Assembly: GCA_002503205.1 (NCBI GenBank)
Contig: DARE01000053.1
Span: forward strand, 17,305 to 81,304
Direction: 5' to 3'
DNA: 64,000 nt
From: Thermoplasmatales archaeon UBA447
GTDB taxonomy: Archaea > Thermoplasmatota > Thermoplasmata > Thermoplasmatales > Thermoplasmataceae
This document shows positions 31,455 to 41,211 of this stretch, piece after piece (the stretch's first letter is position 1; every line of letters starts with the position of its first letter). A model generated the notes under the pieces. It ran no database searches, was not told the DNA's origin, and worked only from the letters and a program-made list of their open reading frames with translations. Both the position numbers and the translations under genes were made by a program.

Positions 31455-32321
31455 ATGCTTAGCACAGATGACAAGAGATTCATAGTGAAAAGTGTGGAGA
31501 ATGGTTACAAGATAAGTGACCTGGCAAGGATGTTCAATGTAACCCCTAGAAGGGTACAGCAGATACTGAAGGAGGATACCTCTGATCAGTCAATGAGAAG
31601 AAAGACTGTGAACCTGTCCAGAGAGGAGATGGAAAACATAGAGAACCTCTGGACGAACTATAAGATAGGTTCCAGGACAATATACTACCTGATGAAGAAC
31701 CAGGGGAAGCAGGTATCTTACTACCAGATCTACAATTTCATGAGAAACAGGAACATGATCAAGAGCAAGGACTCCAGGGTCAGGGGGGAGACAGACAAGC
31801 AGATGGAAACCCCTCTTTCAACCGTATATATGGATTATCACCAGACAAATACTGAGGCACCGTATGCAGTCGTATGTGTAGATATGAGCACAAAGAGAAT
31901 CCTGTCCATAGTCGAATCAAGGAAGATCACAAAGGAGGTAATGGAACAGGTTGCTGACAATGTTTTCAAATTCTCAAAAGAGAAGGGGCTTTCTGTGAAA
32001 AAGCTCTACCTCAGAAATGGAATTCTCAGCATAATCTATGGTGCAACCGATCTCAAGTACCACATGAAGAGGAAAGGATTCGAAGAGGTTGAACAGGATA
32101 AGCACGGCAATAGAGTTCATCTAGCGCTCTCCAGGCTATGGCAGAACTACGACAGGTTCAGGTGGAACACTGACAGCCCTGAGAAATTCATGTACTGGTA
32201 TAACCAGAGGCCAATAATAAATAGAAAGGAGAACCGTGTTACCACACCAAATGAGCTAATGGATGAGATGATAAATACCACGAACACGATTATTTCGCAT
32301 AGCTCGGGAATATTCAGCTGA
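31455..32321 (+). CDS. IS481-like transposase derivative with degenerate DDE triad
   Basis: N-terminal HTH (DLARMFNVTPRRVQQIL), second helical domain (IGSRTIY), RNase H-like core (VYMDY..VVCVDMSTKRI), YWYNQRP..TP tail; expected TDxG and KIER motifs read LRNG and ALSR. Confidence 0.7.
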   Translation: MLSTDDKRFIVKSVENGYKISDLARMFNVTPRRVQQILKEDTSDQSMRRKTVNLSREEMENIENLWTNYKIGSRTIYYLMKNQGKQVSYYQIYNFMRNRNMIKSKDSRVRGETDKQMETPLSTVYMDYHQTNTEAPYAVVCVDMSTKRILSIVESRKITKEVMEQVADNVFKFSKEKGLSVKKLYLRNGILSIIYGATDLKYHMKRKGFEEVEQDKHGNRVHLALSRLWQNYDRFRWNTDSPEKFMYWYNQRPIINRKENRVTTPNELMDEMINTTNTIISHSSGIFS

Positions 32322-32463
32322 CCATAGAAACAGGTCATCTGGAAGTATTCACTCACCAAATTTTTCAATTTTTGGACACATGTGCTATTTAGTGGTCACT
32401 CATAACCACAAATCTGCCGGTTTTTTGCATTAGATAGACTCATTGGCCTAACTTGGAAAAAAA

Positions 32464-33645
32464 TTAATGACTGTGAACAAGCCCCGTCCTCCAGTATTTC
32501 AACACCAGGAAAGCAGTGAAAAATGCAGATAAAAATCCCAAAATTATGAAATCTTTGTGGAACCCAATGGTGGAACTTATGTATCCGAAAAGTACAGGCA
32601 CTATCATAAACAGAATATTGTTATAAGCCATGAAATAAGAGTTGGCAGCATTTCTTTCTGAAATGTCTGTGCCTCTGGCTATTATCATTGTAGTAACTGG
32701 AAAGATACTTCCATGGGGGATGCCTAGAAGCACCATAATGACCAGGAACATTGCGAAACTGGGCATGAATGGAACCAGTATAAGGGATACGGCAGTAAGG
32801 ACAGCCGAGGCCACAAGAGGGTAGAAAAGATTGCCCAATGGCCTTATGGCTATAGAGAGCCTTGTAAGGAAGGAGGACGAAAAAAATACTATGAATGCTG
32901 TATAGGCCAATCCACTTGATATACCATAATTCTCCTGCGCATATATTACAAGAAAGGCAGTGATGGCAGCAAACGGAATGTTGTATATGCTTATAGAAAT
33001 AAGGGCTGAGTGGAAAGATTTATTTTTAAGAGTGCTTCTTCCGCCCATTTCTTTTCCTCCAGAAGGAAACCGTACAAAAGGTGCCACAGCAGTGGCCAAG
33101 AGGCAGAGTGGAAGAAATGCTACGAATAGCATTCGATAGCCAATCACCGGTAGAAGGTAGGATTCGATTGTTGGCCCTATTACAAGACTAAGGCTCAGGC
33201 TAACCGAATAGATGGCGAGCAACCTCATCTGAGATCTGTGGTCTCCCTGAATGGAAGCAGAAGTTATCAGATTAGGAAATACGATCCCGAATGCAACTCC
33301 TGCAAATGCAGCGATTAACCATATTGTATAAGCATTCGAGATGGAGAAGAGAACAAGTGCCGCATCCATTCCGATCACTGAAAGGACAAAGGCTCTCCTT
33401 CTTGCAGCACTTTTTAATCTTGGATTCAGGAGGGAAGTTGAAATGAATGTTGTGGCATAAGTCAGGGCAGTTATTTCACCAACAGAAACATTGGAAAAAT
33501 CGAAGAATAACTTGGAAAATGTTGGAACTGTAGTAACGATCATGTTGTTTGTGGATCTGAGTGTGATTGTGATTGCAGCAATGGTTAGTATCGAAAAAAT
33601 AAATGATAGTCTATGTGAGGAGGCATTATTCAGCTTTGAGTCCAT
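32464..33645 (-). CDS. MFS transporter
   Basis: About 12 TM segments; start probably MDSK at 33645. Confidence 0.8.
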   Translation of the reverse strand: MDSKLNNASSHRLSFIFSILTIAAITITLRSTNNMIVTTVPTFSKLFFDFSNVSVGEITALTYATTFISTSLLNPRLKSAARRRAFVLSVIGMDAALVLFSISNAYTIWLIAAFAGVAFGIVFPNLITSASIQGDHRSQMRLLAIYSVSLSLSLVIGPTIESYLLPVIGYRMLFVAFLPLCLLATAVAPFVRFPSGGKEMGGRSTLKNKSFHSALISISIYNIPFAAITAFLVIYAQENYGISSGLAYTAFIVFFSSSFLTRLSIAIRPLGNLFYPLVASAVLTAVSLILVPFMPSFAMFLVIMVLLGIPHGSIFPVTTMIIARGTDISERNAANSYFMAYNNILFMIVPVLFGYISSTIGFHKDFIILGFLSAFFTAFLVLKYWRTGLVHSH

Positions 33646-33826
33646 TTCACTGTCCTTTTCATCGCATAATGAAGCATTGCTAAAAAATAATTTTAAATTG
33701 TATAGAGTGGGCACTTAATATACCCTGTACCAGGTAACAAATTCAATTTAATTACAACTGGAATTTGGCTTTATTGATCATGTCAATAGAAAATATTCCA
33801 AATTCTGAAATTAAAAGATTTCTCCT

Positions 33827-34801
33827 TTATTGTTCAGATAATCCTCTAACAAGAAGAGGAATCGAATCCTCATAGAGGTATTCTATGCTGAAATGCCCCT
33901 CATCATATTCCATCAGCCTGTTCTTTATCCCCAGTTTATCCATTCTCCGACTGAGTGCTCTAATACCAATGTTTATTGCGAACTCATCCTTCAAACCGGC
34001 TTGGAGCAAAATGGTTTTGCCAGTAAGTCCAGATGCAAATTCTGTGACGTTTTCCACAGGGTCCATCTTTTTCCACTTTTTCCAGACGTCTCCTCTCAAG
34101 ATTCCTGTTTCAGTTTCAAAAGGAAGTTCAATGCCCATTTCATAACCATGACCGGGAGAATAGAAAGCTGACATGGCAATTATGTTGATGGCATCCATCT
34201 CCTTATGGGAATGAGTAGGCCGAGATCGGAAATCTTTCAGGAAAGCTGCGATTCCTGATTTTGAAACAATCTCAATGGCAGCAGGAAAATCCCTCATATA
34301 ACAGTATTCGAAGGCTGAGTCTCCAGACACATCAATAAATCCGGAAAAAATAGATGGATTTCTTGCTGTGAGTGTGTATGAGCCAAACCCACCTGAGGAC
34401 TTTCCGAAAAGACCTATTTTTCTTTTTCCATATCTGCTCCTAATCAGATCAACAATCTCTTTTGCAATAAAATCTTCATAATTGCCAACAGCAGGTGAGT
34501 TAAGATACTGGTTTCCGCCTAGTAAGGTCATTGTGTCTGGAAGAACAACTGAAAATGACAGATCAGGGTTTCTTCCTAATATATTTTCTAAAGTGGATAA
34601 AAAGTCCTGGTTTGAGTAAGATCTGTTAAGGAAATTCCTTGCACTTCCAAAGAAACCAGCCAAACCTATCAGTACTGGACTACTGTCAGTGGCGTTGCAA
34701 TCTATGAATATAACTTCCCTTTCAGCAGGATCTTCAAGCGCATTGCCTCTTAAGGATTCAGAAGCTATCTTCTCATTTTTAATGACAATATTTTTTTCCA
34801 T
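33827..34801 (-). CDS. Alpha/beta hydrolase (enterochelin esterase-like)
   Basis: LRGNALED, GGNQYLNS, GKSSGG nucleophile elbow, DEF, GH. Confidence 0.85.
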   Translation of the reverse strand: MEKNIVIKNEKIASESLRGNALEDPAEREVIFIDCNATDSSPVLIGLAGFFGSARNFLNRSYSNQDFLSTLENILGRNPDLSFSVVLPDTMTLLGGNQYLNSPAVGNYEDFIAKEIVDLIRSRYGKRKIGLFGKSSGGFGSYTLTARNPSIFSGFIDVSGDSAFEYCYMRDFPAAIEIVSKSGIAAFLKDFRSRPTHSHKEMDAINIIAMSAFYSPGHGYEMGIELPFETETGILRGDVWKKWKKMDPVENVTEFASGLTGKTILLQAGLKDEFAINIGIRALSRRMDKLGIKNRLMEYDEGHFSIEYLYEDSIPLLVRGLSEQ

Positions 34802-35364
34802 TATGTATCAGAAAGGGCAGATGGAAAATAAAGTGATCCAATACTCTCAGATCCTGCCCTTATAAAAAAGAGCAAATCGATAATTTTGATCCAATCCGTA
34901 ACTGAGGTATTTCTAGAGAAACTTCTGATTATCGCTTCATTTCTGGATTGAAGACACCTACTGCAGATTATTTAGGTGGAGCCTTGAAAAAATCCATCAA
35001 AAACATAATAATATTAAAAGTCTAACAACTACTTCTGTTACCATGGACATCATTAATATCATCAATTTCAACTCTCAAAAGGCTTGCAAGATGTGACAGA
35101 GAATTATTATATTGTCATTTTAGAATTTTCAGAGAATTGGAAACATACTTTAGTGTCTCTATACGAGACAGGATAAACGGTGCGATTGAGGGTATAAATG
35201 AAAATATCCTGATTGATTCCGAAAATATATGGGTTATCAGTGAGATTCAGCCAGAAATCCAGAGAAAGAATCCTTTACAGCTACCCATTGTATCAGGAAT
35301 GTCGAACTTAGCGGCAAGAGCAAAATATATGGATACTGTTCATGATAAGAACAAATTTTCCATT

Positions 35365-35955
35365 TTAAACAAGACGGTCTCTCATGCACTCAGTTGCAAG
35401 ATTCATCATTAATTCCTGAACCAGGCGCAGTGATTTTTCATCTTTAAGTTCCCCACTGGAATCAAATTTGTCCTGGGCAAAATTGATGAACACTTCTGGT
35501 TTGTTTATAGGTTTCATGTCAAGGTAAACAAAAACCTGCCTCAGATGATATTGTGCTCGCATACCTCCAAAAGCGCTCATAGAAGCACTCATGACTGCAA
35601 CGTGTTTTCCCTTTAGGACGTTGTCACTGTAAGGCCTTGAAGCAATGTCAATGGCATTCTTTATGAATCCAGGGATAGAATAATTGTATTCAGGTGTCAC
35701 GATCAAGATGCCATCCGCATGCCTCAAAACATTCTTGAAATTAACTACCGCCTCAACCGGCTTTTCCTCCTCGTCTGTATTATACATTGGCAGATCCTTA
35801 ATTGGAGCTATCCTGAAAGCAACATATTCCGGGACATTCCTTGATGCAACATTCAGCAGATAACCATTAAAGGAATTTCTTCTTAGGCTTCCTCCGAAAG
35901 CCGCTATATTTACTTTTTTCACATCTCCTGGTGCCCTTGATATATCATTACTCAC
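35365..35955 (-). CDS. NADPH-dependent FMN reductase (ChrR-like)
   Basis: GSLRRNSFN, TPEYNYSIPG..KNAID, GGMRAQ. Confidence 0.9.
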   Translation of the reverse strand: MSNDISRAPGDVKKVNIAAFGGSLRRNSFNGYLLNVASRNVPEYVAFRIAPIKDLPMYNTDEEEKPVEAVVNFKNVLRHADGILIVTPEYNYSIPGFIKNAIDIASRPYSDNVLKGKHVAVMSASMSAFGGMRAQYHLRQVFVYLDMKPINKPEVFINFAQDKFDSSGELKDEKSLRLVQELMMNLATECMRDRLV

Positions 35956-35956
35956 C

Positions 35957-37453
35957 TTAATCCACCTTCGTTTTCCGTGTTGTTATTACTTCCTTTGTTA
36001 AGAGAACTAGCATTCCTGATACAACTAATGCAAATGCTGACAGCATAAACACGATTGAAAATGCCTCCTGCGAGGCTAATTTAACTGGAAACGATCCTAC
36101 TAAGTAAGTTGAAGTAAAGGTTGTAAGGATTGCCGCAGCGACAGGAGAACCCATGCTTGAACCAACATTATTAAAGGTACCCTGCATTCCTGTGGCCATC
36201 CCCATTTCTCTGGGATCAACAGAGAATATTACAAAGTTGAATAAAGTGCTTAATATCATGACGACCCCAATGCCACATACTATGCTGTACACCCAAAGCA
36301 AAGTATAACCTGGCATCGTTGCCTCTAAGAGAAATCCTGAAGCTGCTACAATCGTTCCGGCAGCAGTCATTGGCTTAGCTCCTGCCTTATTTATCAAAGT
36401 TGAAGCCAAGACCCCACCCAGTATCGAACCTATGGCAAATGGAGTTACAGTAATGCCGGCTTCAAAAATATTCTTGCCAAAACCTGCAGGAACTGGATAT
36501 TCCAGACGGTAAGTCAGTGTTATCGTGGCAAGGAATAAGGCGAATTCTGCAATCAGACCAACAAGGTATGCGACAACCACATTTCTGTTTGCAAGGAGCT
36601 TAAAATTGAATATAGGTTCTTTTTGGTTCCTCAACAGGCGGCTTTCATGTAAGATAAGAGGAAGCAGAAGCACAAAATCAAGAATCATCAAAAATGACGT
36701 AAGTTCTGTTGAACTAAAGTCACCAGAGAATAGATTCATAATGCTACCGAGAGACGGCCATCCCAGTGAAGAACCCTCTGAAACAAGAAGAACAAAAAAG
36801 GAGAGGACTGTTGCAAGTAATATGGCCCCTGCATAATCGACTTTGGCATTCGGCCGCTTGTATCTTGATTCTTTGATTACAATGATCGCAAAAATTATTG
36901 CTACTATTAAAAAAGGTATAGCAGTGTAGTAAGTATACCTCCATCCAAAGCTGTTTGAAACGTAGGAGCCGATAGGAAGACCTATTGCAAAACTAGCTCC
37001 AAACAGGGACCCAAAAATCGCCTGTACCTTTGGTATAATTTCTCTTGGAAATTCCTCCCTGGCAAGCGCTGATCCCAATGGGAAGATCGCAAGCCCTACC
37101 CCCTGAACTGTCCTCGACAGAAATAAAACTTCATAGTTTGCAGATAAACTCGTGGATATTGCCGCCATTAGATAAATCACCAGCACTATGGATAGCATAC
37201 TCCTCTTACCGTAAATATCACCTAATTTGCCGAAGACAGGGGTGAGCGCCACTCCACCTACAACATACAAAGAGAGAACAAGGGCAATCTGGGAATATGT
37301 TACTTTGAAATCCTTTGCCATGGAAAGGAGCGATGGTGTTAGCATAGCTTCGATATAGCCAGTCAAGAGTATCAGAGAGCCCAGTATTATTGTAACCCTC
37401 TTTGCGTAACTGCTGTTATATTGGCCACCAGAGTAACTTTTTACACTTTCCAT
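35957..37453 (-). CDS. MFS transporter, DHA2 (14-TM) type
   Basis: GKLGDIYGKR, GWR, DYAG motifs. Confidence 0.87.
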   Translation of the reverse strand: MESVKSYSGGQYNSSYAKRVTIILGSLILLTGYIEAMLTPSLLSMAKDFKVTYSQIALVLSLYVVGGVALTPVFGKLGDIYGKRSMLSIVLVIYLMAAISTSLSANYEVLFLSRTVQGVGLAIFPLGSALAREEFPREIIPKVQAIFGSLFGASFAIGLPIGSYVSNSFGWRYTYYTAIPFLIVAIIFAIIVIKESRYKRPNAKVDYAGAILLATVLSFFVLLVSEGSSLGWPSLGSIMNLFSGDFSSTELTSFLMILDFVLLLPLILHESRLLRNQKEPIFNFKLLANRNVVVAYLVGLIAEFALFLATITLTYRLEYPVPAGFGKNIFEAGITVTPFAIGSILGGVLASTLINKAGAKPMTAAGTIVAASGFLLEATMPGYTLLWVYSIVCGIGVVMILSTLFNFVIFSVDPREMGMATGMQGTFNNVGSSMGSPVAAAILTTFTSTYLVGSFPVKLASQEAFSIVFMLSAFALVVSGMLVLLTKEVITTRKTKVD

Positions 37454-37587
37454 TTCATACTACCTCTCAAAGTATTCCAGGATATTTCTATCGATTAAGC
37501 AAAAAAGAGGGAAATCTGATAATGACCTTTGTTAAGGTTAGAGTAAAAAATGCTACTCTTTAAATAGCCTACAGTGCTTTTGCTCAG

Positions 37588-38487
37588 GTGTCGCTTCAAG
37601 ACTTCAGGATAGTTTCTGAGCTGATCAGGAATCCTCTGGAATCTTATGAAAAGATAGGATCAAAAGTCGGGATTTCAGGCATCTCTGCCCGCAGCAGGAT
37701 ACAGAAAATGTACAGATCAGGCTTGATTAAGGGCATTTACCTTATACCTTCGCCGCAGAATTTCGAAATGCATCCAAGAACATATGTGTTCAAAAACGTT
37801 GACTCGCCTTTTCAAAAATTATCAATAATAGCGGCCGTTAATGGAGTGGTTTTTGCCTGGATAGACTATGATAATGATATGATAATAACCGTTTTTTTCA
37901 AATCTGATCTGGAAAAAGCAAAAATTCTGGACAATTTGTCAATTATAGTGGGTACTAAACCAATTACAGATTATATTCCAAATTCACTTCTACCACCGAA
38001 TCTCTCCAGTTCAAGGCTTTCAAGGATCGACTGGAAAATCCTTGAGCACGTCGCATTCAATCCCAGAATGTCGGTAGCAGAAATTTCAAGGCTGACCCAT
38101 TTGTCAAGAAAAACTGTACAGGGACACCTGAATGGCATGCTATCGGAAAGGAAGTTATATGCTCTGTATATCTCAGATTTCACAAAAATCAATGGCGGAA
38201 TACTTTACGGCCTACTGGTATTTTTTAATTATCCGGAAGTAATGGGCAGGCTATTGAAAATGGGCCTTGAGCCAATCTGGTTCATGACAGAACCGATAGG
38301 TGCAACCTTACTGGGGTTCGCTGAATCTCTCGTAGATGTGGAACTTTTGAAGAAGAAAGCACAGGATATGGAGGGTATAACTAGATTTGATATCAACGTG
38401 CCAACAGGAGGGATGTTTGCTAAGGAACGGCTCAAATCATGGATTAAGGGTGAAATAGATAAGTGGAACTCAGCTTCTTTCCATTAA
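37588..38487 (+). CDS. Tandem-domain Lrp/AsnC-like regulator
   Basis: Two HTH units (DFRIVSELIRNP; IDWKILEHVAFNPRMS); divergent from the MFS/FMN reductase genes. Confidence 0.75.
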   Translation: MSLQDFRIVSELIRNPLESYEKIGSKVGISGISARSRIQKMYRSGLIKGIYLIPSPQNFEMHPRTYVFKNVDSPFQKLSIIAAVNGVVFAWIDYDNDMIITVFFKSDLEKAKILDNLSIIVGTKPITDYIPNSLLPPNLSSSRLSRIDWKILEHVAFNPRMSVAEISRLTHLSRKTVQGHLNGMLSERKLYALYISDFTKINGGILYGLLVFFNYPEVMGRLLKMGLEPIWFMTEPIGATLLGFAESLVDVELLKKKAQDMEGITRFDINVPTGGMFAKERLKSWIKGEIDKWNSASFH

Positions 38488-38719
38488 ATAAAGGGCATTC
38501 CAAAAATTTAGCCATAACCTGATAGGAATCATGGAATAAATATGGTTAAAGGCAATTAGCCCAGTTCAACATTATCTGCATTCAATCATTAACATATTTA
38601 AAAAATCGATCCGTGAGTATATGCCCGGAAGACAAAAATCCTTGAGATACTTATGCCAATAATTGTTTGCAAATATAGTATTATAAAGTTTTTCGAAAAA
38701 AAGTGAGCCACATAGAGAA

Positions 38720-38791
38720 CGGGCCCGCCGGGATTCGAACCCGAATCATAGGCTCCGGAGGCCTAGGTGATATCCATTACACTACGGGCCC
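38720..38791 (-). tRNA. tRNA-Arg(CCG)
   Basis: Reverse complement GGGCCCGTAGTGTAATGGATATCACCTAGGCCTCCGGAGCCTATGATTCGGGTTCGAATCCCGGCGGGCCCG. Confidence 0.96.
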
Positions 38792-39277
38792 TTATTTCTT
38801 GTACCCGATGTCTCTTAAGAATTTAATACGTGCCTTCTTGTCCTCAGTTGTTTCTAATCCAAGAGGTGAAAAACCGTCAATTACACCCATAATACCACCG
38901 CCATTCTTGCCTCTCGCTACAATAACACTGATAGGGTTTGCTGTAGCAGCGAATATACTTCCAACCTCCTGGCAGGCCTTTACGGCGTTAAGTATTGCTA
39001 TGGGGAATGCATTTCGTAAAATTATCATAAATGTATGGCCCGCGGCAAGCCTTTTGATATTATCCACTGCATAATTCTTAAGTTCATCATCGCTCGAGGA
39101 ATATCTGATAAGCCTTTTTCCTGAAGCTTCAGAAAAAGCAATTGCATACTTGGCTCCGTTGAGGTGCGTCTCAATGATTTCTGTCAGATCTTCAACCGTC
39201 TTAATGAAGTGAGAGTACCCCAGAATTATGTTGCAGTCTTCAGGGAATCTTATCTCTACCTCTTCAATATCAACCAT
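38792..39277 (-). CDS. Adenosine-specific kinase / DUF355 family
   Basis: NIILG.SHFIKTVEDL, FSEASG, AATANP, GVIDG. Confidence 0.85.
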   Translation of the reverse strand: MVDIEEVEIRFPEDCNIILGYSHFIKTVEDLTEIIETHLNGAKYAIAFSEASGKRLIRYSSSDDELKNYAVDNIKRLAAGHTFMIILRNAFPIAILNAVKACQEVGSIFAATANPISVIVARGKNGGGIMGVIDGFSPLGLETTEDKKARIKFLRDIGYKK

Positions 39278-39471
39278 GAAATGTGATCCCAATTGTATAT
39301 TACTCTTTTACCTACAGTATCTGAGTCTGTTTTTATCATGATAATCTGAATAGTAAGAATCTAAGTTGGTAAGAGGGCCAACGGTGTTGCCTTGACAATA
39401 TGTATAAGTGTGGAGCCATTTTCAATTATTGGATTGAGGAGGTTAGATTTTATTATTATGATGAAAATACG

Positions 39472-41025
39472 GTGATGATGGACTTCTTTGAAACGATCTC
39501 AGAGGAAATTAACAGCGGAAAGATCCGTGAACGAGATCAGCTTCAGAGAAGGAAGCTATCCCTTTCGAGTATGCTCCATCTGGATCATATTCCCAGTGAT
39601 ACTGAAATTCTTAATTCCGGGAAGGTTCAAAAGGACAAAAAGAAGCTCCTCAGGATCAAACCTACCAGAACTATATCTGGAGTTGCAGTTGTTGCTGCAA
39701 TGACATCACCAGAGAGCTGCCCGCATGGTCAGTGCCTTTACTGTCCAGGAGGAGTAAAAAACAATTCTCCGCAAGCATATACAGGTTATGAACCCTCTGC
39801 TCTTAGGGGCAGAATGAACAATTATGATCCTTATCAGATAACATTCAACCGCCTGAAACAGCTTGAAACGATCGGCCATGATACAAGCAAAATTGATCTA
39901 ATTGTTATGGGTGGGACATTCACAGCCAGAGACCCGGATTATCAGACATCATTTGTGAAGGGTTGCCTGGACGGAATGAACCGCTCAGTGTCCTCATCTA
40001 TTGAAGGCAGTATTGAAGCCAATGAAACTGCTGAAAGAAGATGCGTTGGTATCACGGTCGAAACAAAACCGGACTGGTTCCTACGAAAAGACATTGATCT
40101 GGCCCTTTCCTACGGGACTACTAAAGTTGAGCTGGGAGTTCAGATAATTAATGAGAAAGTACTTAGAATGAACGGACGTGGACATGGAATTAAGGAGATT
40201 ATTGATTCCACAAAATTTTCAAAGGATTCCGGCTTAAAGATAGTTTACCATGTCATGCCCGGAATGTACGGTTCTGACAGGGAAGAGGATATCAGAAGCT
40301 TCAGGAAAATTGTTGAAGACCAATCGTTCAGGCCGGACATGCTGAAGATCTATCCAACCCTTGTTGTCAAAGGCACAGCCCTATATAATCTCTGGAAAAT
40401 GGGCAGGTATAGGCCTCCAGACACAGAGGAGGCCGCCGATATAATTAAGGAATTCCTGAAAGTTTGCCCACCATGGATTCGGGTTCAAAGAATGCAGCGG
40501 GATATTCCCGTGAATTTTATCGAGGCAGGAGTGAAGCGGAGCGACATCAGGAACATAATAGACAGGAAGCTCCGTGAAGAGAATGAAGAGACTTGGGAGA
40601 TAAGAAGCAGAGAGATTGGTATGGCATCAAAAGAGGGCAAAGATCCTGTTCTCATAAGGCGTGATTACAACGCCTCGGATGGAAAGGAAATTTTTCTCTC
40701 TTTTGAGGAATCCCACAACATATACGGTTACCTGAGGCTGCGCATCCCTTCAGCAGATCATCACAGGCCGGAAATGGATAATGCCTCCGTCGTAAGGGAA
40801 ATAAAGGTTCTTGGTGAGGTTGTGCCTCTCGGAGAACATGAATCATCTCTGTGGCAGCATCGTGGGCTTGGCAAATCTCTGTTAGAAGAGGCTGAGAGAA
40901 TCTCCAGAGATGAATATTCCCTCAACAGGATCAATGTGATAAGTGGAATTGGCGTTAGAGAATATTTCCGGAGATTTGGCTATAATAGATTGGGACCATA
41001 CATGTCCAAAGTTCTGAAACCCTGA
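39472..41025 (+). CDS. elp3: Elp3 tRNA U34 acetyltransferase (radical SAM + GNAT)
   Basis: CPHGQCLYC, GGTF, ETKPD, QHRGLG; start uncertain (39400-39478). Confidence 0.93.
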   Translation: MMMDFFETISEEINSGKIRERDQLQRRKLSLSSMLHLDHIPSDTEILNSGKVQKDKKKLLRIKPTRTISGVAVVAAMTSPESCPHGQCLYCPGGVKNNSPQAYTGYEPSALRGRMNNYDPYQITFNRLKQLETIGHDTSKIDLIVMGGTFTARDPDYQTSFVKGCLDGMNRSVSSSIEGSIEANETAERRCVGITVETKPDWFLRKDIDLALSYGTTKVELGVQIINEKVLRMNGRGHGIKEIIDSTKFSKDSGLKIVYHVMPGMYGSDREEDIRSFRKIVEDQSFRPDMLKIYPTLVVKGTALYNLWKMGRYRPPDTEEAADIIKEFLKVCPPWIRVQRMQRDIPVNFIEAGVKRSDIRNIIDRKLREENEETWEIRSREIGMASKEGKDPVLIRRDYNASDGKEIFLSFEESHNIYGYLRLRIPSADHHRPEMDNASVVREIKVLGEVVPLGEHESSLWQHRGLGKSLLEEAERISRDEYSLNRINVISGIGVREYFRRFGYNRLGPYMSKVLKP

Positions 41026-41103
41026 TTTTTCTCTGTTAAGGGATTATAGTGTTTTAATATAATAATATTCATTTTTATCAATAATTATAAATAAGTGCTT
41101 TAC

Positions 41104-41211
41104 ATGATGAGCGGGATAGAATTGTCATATGTTCTTATATCAGTGAGCATAGTCGTGCTTCTGGTAGCTGTCTATCTTTTCTACAGTATTATAGGAGCTG
41201 AGAAATTTTGA
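41104..41211 (+). CDS. kdpF: KdpF small subunit (35 aa, not in ORF track)
   Basis: MMSGIELSYVLISVSIVVLLVAVYLFYSIIGAEKF; YL..S...AEKF signature; TTGA overlap with kdpA. Confidence 0.88.
   Translation: MMSGIELSYVLISVSIVVLLVAVYLFYSIIGAEKF

Noticed and set aside
31250-32460. Active IS element
   Set aside because: No paired terminal IRs or target duplication seen, and the DDE triad looks degenerate
34802-35412. Long intergenic region with a 91-aa ORF (35137-35412)
   Set aside because: No motif or SD, and it overlaps a convergent gene; it may be decayed sequence but I cannot support a call
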